The notes under the pieces were generated by a model, which did not search any database, was not told the DNA's origin, and was given only the letters and a program-made list of their open reading frames with translations. A stretch of DNA of 55,416 nt from an uncultured Candidatus Saccharibacteria bacterium (lineage in GTDB: Bacteria; Patescibacteriota; Saccharimonadia; Saccharimonadales; JAUPVS01): NCBI GenBank assembly GCA_964462215.1, contig CAYWVZ010000006.1, positions 1 to 55,416 of the forward strand. Reading direction: 5' to 3'. Position numbers and translations under genes: made by a program. Positions 7,155 to 14,234 of this stretch are shown here, in pieces. The stretch's first letter is position 1. Every line of letters begins with the position of its first letter.

Positions 7155-7919
7155 ATGTCCACCGCCACACTCGCCACTAACCCGTATGCCTTAACCGACA
7201 ATGCTTTTTTGATGGGCGAAAACACCGACCAGCCATACGTGTTGCGGGTCCGCGACTTGCCCAGCGACGAAAAACCGCGCGAAAAACTACTCCAGTTAGG
7301 CGCCGACAACCTTAGTCTGCCGGAGTTAGTGGCCGTATTATGGGGCGTCGGTACCAAAAAAGAAGACGTATTACTAATGGCTCAGCGCATGGTCAAAGAA
7401 TACGGCCAACGGGCTTTGGGAACCGAAACCAACCCGCAAAAACTGGCCGACAGCCTGGATATTCCTTTGGTTAAAGCCTGTCAACTGGTAGCATGCTTCG
7501 AAATCGGGCGGCGGTTCCACAGCAGCAGCGGCGGCCGGCCGGTGTACGTCCGCAACGCCAAGCAAGCCCATCAGTATCTGCGCACCATCGCTTTCAGCAG
7601 CAAAGAACAGTTACGCGGCCTCTACGTCAACAGCCGCTACCAAGTGGTCCACGACGAGGTAATCTCGGTCGGCACACTCACATCCAACCTAGTCCACGCC
7701 CGTGAGGTCTTTCAGCCGGCCATCGAACACGGTGCCATCGCCGTTATTATCGGCCACAACCACCCGTCGGGGGTTATCGAGCCAACCGAAGCCGACTTTA
7801 TTGTCACCCGCCAGCTTATCAAGGCCGGTAAAATCCTCGGCATTGACCTAATCGACCACCTGATTGTTACCGAAAATAACTTTGTTAGTATTCTGGATTA
7901 CCTCGATGAGCAGCGCTGA
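7155..7919 (+). CDS. radC: RadC-family JAB/MPN domain protein
   Basis: 254 aa. C-terminal JAMM motif GHNHPSG with ...EPTEADFIVTRQL..., and a helix-hairpin-helix-like N-terminal half (LSLPELVAVLWGVG). Confidence 0.85.
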   Translation: MSTATLATNPYALTDNAFLMGENTDQPYVLRVRDLPSDEKPREKLLQLGADNLSLPELVAVLWGVGTKKEDVLLMAQRMVKEYGQRALGTETNPQKLADSLDIPLVKACQLVACFEIGRRFHSSSGGRPVYVRNAKQAHQYLRTIAFSSKEQLRGLYVNSRYQVVHDEVISVGTLTSNLVHAREVFQPAIEHGAIAVIIGHNHPSGVIEPTEADFIVTRQLIKAGKILGIDLIDHLIVTENNFVSILDYLDEQR

Positions 7920-7980
7920 TACCTACCCTTCGCCGTCTCCCGCGCAATTTACCCACCCCGGTCCGTTGAACCGGCAACCA

Positions 7981-8187
7981 ATGGTGCTAAACGACAACCA
8001 AACCAACCGGCGTGACGAACTGCTGGCGCAAATTGCCTCCAACGATTACTTCGCCATGTTAGCTACCCACCTCGACCAAATCAGCGAAAACCTCGAAGAA
8101 CACCACAACAACAGTTATATTGAGCTCGAAAAACTCATCAGCGACCTACTCTACCTGCACCACAACTACAAAATTGTCAAACGCTAG
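7981..8187 (+). CDS. Small hypothetical protein
   Basis: ORF-track entry 7864-8187. Its first ~40 codons overlap radC. Plausible starts are ATG 7981 (MVLNDNQTNRRDELLAQ...) or ATG 7906. No family recognised. Confidence 0.35.
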   Translation: MVLNDNQTNRRDELLAQIASNDYFAMLATHLDQISENLEEHHNNSYIELEKLISDLLYLHHNYKIVKR

Positions 8188-8225
8188 GTTAGGATTCCTT
8201 AGTCACCTCTGTTAAAATAGTCAGT

Positions 8226-9302
8226 ATGAGTTTATCTATCGGCATCGTCGGGTTGCCCAACGTGGGCAAAAGTACCCTGTTTAATGCCCTGACCGACAAT
8301 ACTATCTTGGCGGCTAACTATCCGTTTGCCACGATTGAGCCGAACACCGGTATCGTGCCGATCCCCGACCCGCGACTCAATAAGCTGGCCGATTTGTACA
8401 AAAGCCAAAAAATCGTGCCGGCCACGGTGACGTTCGTGGATATCGCCGGTTTGGTGGCCGGTGCCAGCGAGGGCGAAGGCCTGGGTAACCAGTTTTTGGC
8501 GCACATCCGCAGCACCAATGCTATCTGCCAAGTGGTGCGGGCTTTTCATGACGATAACGTCGTCCATGTCGATAACCAGATCGACCCGCTGCATGACATT
8601 GACATCATTAACACCGAATTGGTGCTGGCCGACCTGCAGACCGTCCAGAAACGCCTGCCCAAAACCGAAAAAGAGGCCAAGGCCAACCCTAAGCTAAAGC
8701 CGGTGGTCGATACGCTCAAGCGTGTTGAAACGTTGCTGAACGACGGCACACCCCTGTCGCGGGCGGCTGACATCGACCCCGAACATATTGCCGACCTGCA
8801 GCTGCTAACTGCCAAGCCAGTAATCTACCTCTTTAATGTTGATGAGCAAACGCTAAACGACCAAACTAAACAGCAAGAACTTGCCGCCCTGGTAGCGCCG
8901 GCTCAAGCTCTGTTTGTGTGTGCACAGCTGGAAGCCGAGCTAAACGGCCTGGACGCCGATGACCGCGCCGAAATGCTGGAAAGCTACGGCCAAACCGAGT
9001 CCGGCCTAGTGCAACTAATTCATGCCGCCTACGACACATTAGGCCTGCAAAGTTACCTGACAGCCGGCGAAAAAGAAGTCCGCGCTTGGACCATTCCCAA
9101 GGGTGCTACCGCCCCGCAAGCCGCCGGCGTTATCCACGGTGATTTCGAAAAAGGTTTTATCGCGGCGCAAATTATCGATTACCACGATCTTATCGCCGCC
9201 GGTTCGGAAACCGCGGCTAAAGCTGGCGGCAAAGTCCGCACCGAGGGCAAAACCTACGTTATGCAGCCCAATGACATCGTCGAATTCCGCTTCAACGTTT
9301 AA
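8226..9302 (+). CDS. ychF: Ribosome-binding ATPase YchF
   Basis: 358 aa. GIVGLPNVGKSTLFNALT P-loop, a coiled-coil insert, and a TGS-like C-terminus (AGVIHGDFEKGFI...). Confidence 0.9.
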   Translation: MSLSIGIVGLPNVGKSTLFNALTDNTILAANYPFATIEPNTGIVPIPDPRLNKLADLYKSQKIVPATVTFVDIAGLVAGASEGEGLGNQFLAHIRSTNAICQVVRAFHDDNVVHVDNQIDPLHDIDIINTELVLADLQTVQKRLPKTEKEAKANPKLKPVVDTLKRVETLLNDGTPLSRAADIDPEHIADLQLLTAKPVIYLFNVDEQTLNDQTKQQELAALVAPAQALFVCAQLEAELNGLDADDRAEMLESYGQTESGLVQLIHAAYDTLGLQSYLTAGEKEVRAWTIPKGATAPQAAGVIHGDFEKGFIAAQIIDYHDLIAAGSETAAKAGGKVRTEGKTYVMQPNDIVEFRFNV

Positions 9303-9996
9303 GGCTTGCTGTTGAGATTACCGGGTCAAAGCGTCCAACGCGCCGGCGCGTCATAAATGGCAGGCTGGCGTACGGGTTGCGTCTGCGAATCGGCTCCGTA
9401 AAAGACGTTGGTGTCGCCGCGGCTTGCCGTTGAAGCACCTGCTGCTCCGGCGTTATAGCCGTGGCCTGCGGCCATTCTTGGGCCGCTATGGCCGTTGGGT
9501 CAATAAACGGCGCCTGCGGCGTATTGAGCCTGACATATTGTACCGGCTGGGCATTCTGCTGTTCCCAGGTCTGGGACTCTTGTGATTGGCGCTGCCCGTT
9601 ATGCTGTTGCCTGATTTCGATCAAACGCTGCTGAATAAAGCTCACCAGGTCGCGTAGGATTTTCGGCCGTAACGCCGTAAACGTCAACGTCTTACCAGGG
9701 GTACGAATCCGCACTGTGCCACTAATTAGCTGGGCTCCATAGTCGACCTCGGAGATCATGTCGTATTGCAGGTCTTCAACGGTCAGATGGAAGACCTTTT
9801 TGTCGATTAACAGAATCCTCTGGTCGGTGGCGCATAACATGGCCAGGCCGCCCTCGTAATAGCCGTTCAGACAGGCCATTATCTTTTCGCCGGGCACCAG
9901 AATGCGAGGGAGTTCTTCCACTTCGGGACGTCCCCAAAAGTGTACTTTTGCATCGATGGCCCGGAGTTGTTGTTCAACTGCTTCGCGTGTCACCAT
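9292..9996 (-). CDS. Bacterial PH-like (YokE/bPH-type) domain protein with Gln/Pro-rich tail
   Basis: ATG 9996 has GGAGGAG upstream; the ORF-track start at 10044 lacks an SD. Core sequence: GEKIMACLNGYYEGGLAMLCATDQRILLIDKKVFHLTVEDLQYDMISEVDYG...GTVRIRT. Converges on ychF with an 11-nt overlap. Confidence 0.45.
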   Translation of the reverse strand: MVTREAVEQQLRAIDAKVHFWGRPEVEELPRILVPGEKIMACLNGYYEGGLAMLCATDQRILLIDKKVFHLTVEDLQYDMISEVDYGAQLISGTVRIRTPGKTLTFTALRPKILRDLVSFIQQRLIEIRQQHNGQRQSQESQTWEQQNAQPVQYVRLNTPQAPFIDPTAIAAQEWPQATAITPEQQVLQRQAAATPTSFTEPIRRRNPYASLPFMTRRRVGRFDPVISTASLKR

Positions 9997-10074
9997 CTCG
10001 GCTCCTCCCCTTAATTGTACTTTCAGTATGAGCCCTTCTACCACTTATTGCAGTCAGTTAACTCACACTCCAGC

Positions 10075-10090
10075 TGTGATAAATATCACG
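10075..10090. promoter_or_regulatory. CRP/FNR-type palindrome TGTGA-N6-TCACG
   Basis: TGTGATAAATATCACG matches 9/10 of the TGTGA-N6-TCACA consensus. It is centred about 45 nt upstream of the Crp/Fnr-family gene ATG (10128), in the divergent intergenic region. Confidence 0.55.
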
Positions 10091-10127
10091 GCTTGCAGAT
10101 AGCACCCTGGTAGTTCATACTACATAT

Positions 10128-10778
10128 ATGTTGGCCTCCCCCAAACAGCAAGCTGCGTTCTTACGTATCTTCACGCAGGGCACCAAGCTAACCTACAAAA
10201 AGGGTTCATTTATCATTCACCCCGGAGAAACGCCAAGCGGCGTTTTTTATATTGAATCGGGCCTGGTCAAAGCGTACGACATTTCTAAATACGGCGAAGA
10301 AAACCTGCTGAGCATCCGGCGGCCCAAGGAAATGTTCCCCCTGATCTGGTCGTTAACCGGCCAGGGGCACAACATTATCTATGAAGCGCTGGGCCCGACC
10401 ACTGTCTGGCGGGTTAGCCGCGAGCAATACCTGGAAAGGCTGCGCCGCGACAATGAGACCTTTGCTCCCCTGCTAGACGTTATTATCGAGATGTACCGCG
10501 GCCACTCCGAACGTATTTTGGGGCTGGAGTACCGGACAGTACGCGAGCGGCTGATTGCTTTTTTGCTGACTACTGCCCAGCGGTTCGGCAAGCAACGGGT
10601 GAATGGCAGTATTTTGTTGAATGTCCCCTTAAAACAGCAGGATATCGCCAGCTCCATCAGCGCCACTCGCGAAACCACCAGCCGCGAACTAATGCGCCTG
10701 GAGCGCTTGGGGCTGATTTCTAACCACCAGGCTAAAATAACGTTAGTCGACCCGGCCAAGCTGCGCGCTATGCTATAA
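10128..10778 (+). CDS. Crp/Fnr-family transcriptional regulator
   Basis: 216 aa. cNMP-binding-like beta-roll (GVFYIESGLVKAY...) plus C-terminal HTH (QQDIASSISATRETTSRELMRLERLGLI). Confidence 0.85.
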   Translation: MLASPKQQAAFLRIFTQGTKLTYKKGSFIIHPGETPSGVFYIESGLVKAYDISKYGEENLLSIRRPKEMFPLIWSLTGQGHNIIYEALGPTTVWRVSREQYLERLRRDNETFAPLLDVIIEMYRGHSERILGLEYRTVRERLIAFLLTTAQRFGKQRVNGSILLNVPLKQQDIASSISATRETTSRELMRLERLGLISNHQAKITLVDPAKLRAML

Positions 10779-10802
10779 ATTTGCAGCTACCGCCGCGCTA
10801 GT

Positions 10803-11459
10803 TTATTGCCATTTTAGGACGATGTCTTTGATTGTGCCGACAATCTGCTCGTGGGGCGGCAGCGTGTTGTCTTCGTAATAATGGTCGGTGTTAATGTAGT
10901 TTTCCAGCACGTTCAAACAGTAGATTTCGTCGGCCAGCAAGTGCATTCGGTCGACGGCCGCCACGCTGGCCAGCGGTGTGGCTACAATCAGTTTCTCGAG
11001 CTTATAGGGCTTGAGGTAGGCAGCGGCGGCGTCCAGCGACAGGCCGTTGCTGAGGCCGTCGGACACCAAAATGACGTTATGGTAGCGCAGCATGGCCGGT
11101 TCGATCAGGCCGCCGCTGCCCAGCAGCCGGTTCATCTCGTGCAATTTCTCAAGCTTCTTCTCTTCGATATAGGTACGGTATTCACTGGTAAACTCCTCCA
11201 GTTGACCGGTCGAAAACATGCCGTTATAGGTAAATATACCACTTTGGTCGATAGTGCCCACCGGCGTTGTTTCGCCCGGCAATACAATCGGCTCGGTCAG
11301 CAACATCATAACTACGCAGTGCAGTTGTGCCGCCAGGTGACTGGCAATAATTACGCCGCCGTCACTTAGGGCCACTACGGCACAGTTTTCGTAACGATAT
11401 TTTGGCACGATTTTCTGCGCTAACACGTCAGCCGCTTGAGCGCGATCTTTAAAATACAT
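10803..11459 (-). CDS. Phosphoribosyltransferase-fold protein
   Basis: 218 aa. VVALSDGGVIIASHLA and a PRPP-loop-like NVILVSDGLSNGLS (a degenerate version of VDDGxxTG). Confidence 0.5.
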   Translation of the reverse strand: MYFKDRAQAADVLAQKIVPKYRYENCAVVALSDGGVIIASHLAAQLHCVVMMLLTEPIVLPGETTPVGTIDQSGIFTYNGMFSTGQLEEFTSEYRTYIEEKKLEKLHEMNRLLGSGGLIEPAMLRYHNVILVSDGLSNGLSLDAAAAYLKPYKLEKLIVATPLASVAAVDRMHLLADEIYCLNVLENYINTDHYYEDNTLPPHEQIVGTIKDIVLKWQ

Positions 11460-11488
11460 ACCGCCAGTTTAGCACAACCGTTGCCAAC

Positions 11489-12214
11489 CTAACCCACTTT
11501 GGTGAGTAAGTAGAACCGTTCGCGGTTGCCGCGGGCGCCCGACACCTGGCTGTCGGCCTTGTTATGGACAATAAATAATTTTTGTACCCACGCTTCAAAA
11601 TCTTTTAATATCGACCGGCGGATCGTATCATTTTTGATCACACCCTTGTGTTTGAATGTGTCGCCAGCCTCAAATTGCGGCTTGACCATAACAACGTAGC
11701 GCGTCTGGGCATTGCCTAACTCACCAGCCCGCGGCAAAATCTGGCGTAAGCTGATAAACGATACGTCTGCCAACACTATGTCCGGCGTGGCCGGCAGTTT
11801 CTTCAGGTCACGGAAATCAGTTTGTTCAAATAAATCGATCCGCGGATCGTCGCGTAAACTGGGGTGTAGTTGATTGGTGCCGACATCAACGGCAATCACC
11901 CGCTTGGCTCCATGCTGGAGGGCATACTGCGTGAACCCCCCTGTTGAGGAGCCGATATCCAGCACCGTTTTGCCGGTAAAATCCAGTTCCAATGCCTCAG
12001 CCACCGAGGCCAGCTTGAGCGCTGCCCGCGACACGTATTGCTCGGAAGTTAATAATTCAACTTGGTCGCTGTCTTGCACCGGCGTGCCGGATTTGGTAAC
12101 CACCGCCCCGTTTACCGTGACCTGGCCCAGCTTAATATAGCTTTCGGCCTGGCTGCGCGAAGCTACCAGCCCGCGCTGCATCATGGCCACGTCCAATCGC
12201 TGTTTGCCGCCCAT
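11489..12214 (-). CDS. tlyA: TlyA-family rRNA (cytidine-2'-O)-methyltransferase
   Basis: S4 domain (RLDVAMMQRGLVASRSQAESYIKLGQVTVNG) plus SAM motif VLDIGSSTGGFT. ATG 12214 lies 4 nt after the efp stop. The ORF-track start at 12331 would overlap efp. Confidence 0.85.
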   Translation of the reverse strand: MGGKQRLDVAMMQRGLVASRSQAESYIKLGQVTVNGAVVTKSGTPVQDSDQVELLTSEQYVSRAALKLASVAEALELDFTGKTVLDIGSSTGGFTQYALQHGAKRVIAVDVGTNQLHPSLRDDPRIDLFEQTDFRDLKKLPATPDIVLADVSFISLRQILPRAGELGNAQTRYVVMVKPQFEAGDTFKHKGVIKNDTIRRSILKDFEAWVQKLFIVHNKADSQVSGARGNRERFYLLTKVG

Positions 12215-12218
12215 AGCT

Positions 12219-12785
12219 TTAGTCCTTGACACGTTCGCGATACGCGCCGGTGACTGTGTCAACGCTGATGATATCATCCTGTTTAATGAAGGCTGGGACC
12301 TTGATAGTGATACCGGTTTCCAGCTCGGCATTTTTGAGTACGCTGCTGGTGGTATCGCCCTTGACGACGTTCTCGGTATAGGTCACCTTGAGCGGCACGT
12401 TTTTGGGCAGCTCAATGTTGATAACCCGGTCGTCAAACAATTGCGCCTGGACACTGTCGCCCTCTTTCAGGTAGCCAACCTGTTCGGTCATATCGGCCAC
12501 CGGCAGCTCGAACTGCTCGTAACTGTCCTGATCCATGAAATGCAGCATGGTACCGTCGGCATACAGATACTGCACGTTACGGTTGGTGACTTCGGCCGGC
12601 TCGATTGATTCGCTGCCCTTGAAGGTTTTATCAAGTACTTTGCCGTCAATTAGGCTCTTGATTTTGACGTTGACAATCGAGCCGCCGCGGCCCATGACTT
12701 TTTGGGCATACTCCACCACCCGGTACGGTACGCCGTCCAGTTGAAAAATCTGCCCTTTTTTAAGGTCGGTTACGCCTAATGCCAT
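12219..12785 (-). CDS. efp: Elongation factor P (Arg at the loop tip)
   Basis: 188 aa and colinear with EF-P. The loop reads KVMGRGGSIV where E. coli has KPGKGQAF, so residue 33 (nt 12687-12689, cgc) is Arg. Confidence 0.9.
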   Translation of the reverse strand: MALGVTDLKKGQIFQLDGVPYRVVEYAQKVMGRGGSIVNVKIKSLIDGKVLDKTFKGSESIEPAEVTNRNVQYLYADGTMLHFMDQDSYEQFELPVADMTEQVGYLKEGDSVQAQLFDDRVINIELPKNVPLKVTYTENVVKGDTTSSVLKNAELETGITIKVPAFIKQDDIISVDTVTGAYRERVKD

Positions 12786-12797
12786 ATCTACAGACCC

Positions 12798-13001
12798 TTA
12801 GTTAGTTGCTACGAACGGTAACAGCGCCAAGTGACGGGCCCGCTTAATAGCACGCGCCAAATGCCGTTGCTGGCTCTCGGTTAAACCGGTCTTTTTGCGG
12901 CTTTCAATTTGCCCGTAGGTGTTTACGTAACGCTGCAGGGTTTTGAAATCTTTGTAGTCAAAATAGGCTACATCGGTTCTGTGCTTAAAAATCTTTGCCA
13001 T
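12798..13001 (-). CDS. rpsR: 30S ribosomal protein S18
   Basis: MAKIFKHRTDVAYFDYKD...LARAIKRARHLALLPF. ATG 13001 has AAAGGA upstream. The ORF-track start at 13067 lies inside the structured element. Confidence 0.9.
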   Translation of the reverse strand: MAKIFKHRTDVAYFDYKDFKTLQRYVNTYGQIESRKKTGLTESQQRHLARAIKRARHLALLPFVATN

Positions 13002-13026
13002 AATCTGTCCTTTCTTGATTAGCAAG

Positions 13027-13143
13027 AATCCGTATCGAGGGATGAGCTGCGCGGAAGAAGCGAGCATTGGAGCGAGCCGTACTACTGGTACGGTGAGCGA
13101 AACGCACAGCTTCTGACACTGCAGATCGCCCTCGATACGGATT
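13027..13143 (-). other. 117-nt structured intercistronic RNA element between ssb and rpsR
   Basis: Perfect 15-bp closing stem: AATCCGTATCGAGGG (13027-13041) with CCCTCGATACGGATT (13129-13143). Inner 9-bp stem 13045-13053/13103-13111 has a G-U wobble only on the minus-strand (mRNA-sense) transcript; on the + strand it is a C-A mismatch. Central hairpin CCGTAC-TACTG-GTACGG (13077-13093). The element starts 1 nt after the ssb stop. Confidence 0.55.
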
Positions 13144-13144
13144 G

Positions 13145-13651
13145 TTAAAATGGAATATCGTCTAGGTTGATCGGGTCGTCACCAATATCTTCGATGACAA
13201 CGTCTTCTTTTTTCTTCTTACTGGGTTTGGGTTTGCTGTCGGCGGCACCGGAATCACCAGAATTGCTGGAACTAGTACTGTCACCCGCGGGAGCGCCGCC
13301 GTAATCACCGCCGCCTTCGCCGCGGCTGCCCAGGAATGTTACGTCTTGGGCGACTACTTCGACTTTGCTGCGCTTTTGGCCGTCCTGTTCCCAGGAACGG
13401 CTTTGGATACGGCCGTTGACCAGTACCGGGCGACCCTTGGTGACATATTGCGCCACACGTTCGCCTAACGGCCCCCAGGCGACGATATCGATGTAATCGG
13501 TGGCTTCTTGCCAGTTGCCGTCCGCACCTTTGTAGCTGCGGTTGAGCGCCAGGCTAAAGCCGCAGACACTTTGGCCGTTGGGTGTTTGGCGCAACTCCGG
13601 GTCGCGCGTCAGGTTGCCCATTAAAATTACTTGGTTAAAACTTCGTGCCAT
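13145..13651 (-). CDS. ssb: Single-stranded DNA-binding protein
   Basis: 168 aa. OB fold (NQVILMGNLTRDPELR...), Gly/Ser-rich linker, and the canonical acidic tip ...DDIPF. Confidence 0.95.
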   Translation of the reverse strand: MARSFNQVILMGNLTRDPELRQTPNGQSVCGFSLALNRSYKGADGNWQEATDYIDIVAWGPLGERVAQYVTKGRPVLVNGRIQSRSWEQDGQKRSKVEVVAQDVTFLGSRGEGGGDYGGAPAGDSTSSSNSGDSGAADSKPKPSKKKKEDVVIEDIGDDPINLDDIPF

Positions 13652-13747
13652 GATGGCCTCCTCTTGTTATAAGACATATGTCTTGTTTAGTTGTACCTAT
13701 ACCCTAACTCCTGGTGTATAAAACCGTCAAGAAAAATGAAATTGTAC

Positions 13748-14134
13748 TTAATTTTCCTCTGATGCTTCATCGCTGCTGTCGGCTTTGTCACCGCGAGCGG
13801 CAGCCTTTTCGGCTTTTTCGGCCTTGGCGGCTTCGGCTTTGGCGATCGCCTTGAGGTCCGGACGCACGATCAAATAACGAATCACCTCGTCGGTGATATT
13901 CAACGCCGTCTCGATCTTTTTGACTGATTCACCGGGTATGTCGAGCGTATAGAACACGTACACGGCGTGTTCGTTACGGGCAATCGGGTAGGCCAGTTTG
14001 CGCTTACCCCAATTGTCGGTCGCCGTCACCTTCGCCTTGTTGTCGGTGAAAATTTTGGTGACCCGCTCTTCGGCCTTGGTCAGATCTACTTCCAGATCCG
14101 GGTGATACAGTACTGCAATCTCGTACTGAGCCAT
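13748..14134 (-). CDS. rpsF: 30S ribosomal protein S6 with Ala/Lys/Glu-rich acidic tail
   Basis: MAQYEIAVLYHPDLE...NWGKRKLAYPI... Sits in conserved rpsF-ssb-rpsR order. Confidence 0.9.
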   Translation of the reverse strand: MAQYEIAVLYHPDLEVDLTKAEERVTKIFTDNKAKVTATDNWGKRKLAYPIARNEHAVYVFYTLDIPGESVKKIETALNITDEVIRYLIVRPDLKAIAKAEAAKAEKAEKAAARGDKADSSDEASEEN

Positions 14135-14205
14135 GAGAACTCCTTCCTTTGGTCTTTACGGCCCGCTGGCCCTAGTGGCAGCGAGCTGAAGTTAATAACC
14201 CCGCT

Positions 14206-14234
14206 ATTATAGCGCACTCACCTCTGTTAGTCAA
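14206..14234 (-). promoter_or_regulatory. Sigma-70-type promoter of the rpsF-ssb-rpsR operon
   Basis: On the minus strand: TTGACT (14229-14234), a 17-nt spacer, then TATAAT (14206-14211), immediately after the ftsK stop. It leaves a ~70-nt leader containing the hairpin CGCUGCC-ACUAG-GGCCAGCG and a GCUCGCU word (14180-14186). That word recurs twice in the ssb-rpsR element. Confidence 0.6.

Noticed and set aside
13027-13143. The ssb-rpsR structured element considered as an SRP (4.5S) RNA, a tRNA, or a DNA-level REP element
   Set aside because: - No GNRA-capped helix-8 motif with the conserved symmetric and asymmetric loops in a foldable register; a GGAAGAAGC stretch occurs only on the antisense strand.
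- No cloverleaf or T-loop.
- Only one copy in 55 kb, and the G-U asymmetry favours an mRNA-sense cis element.
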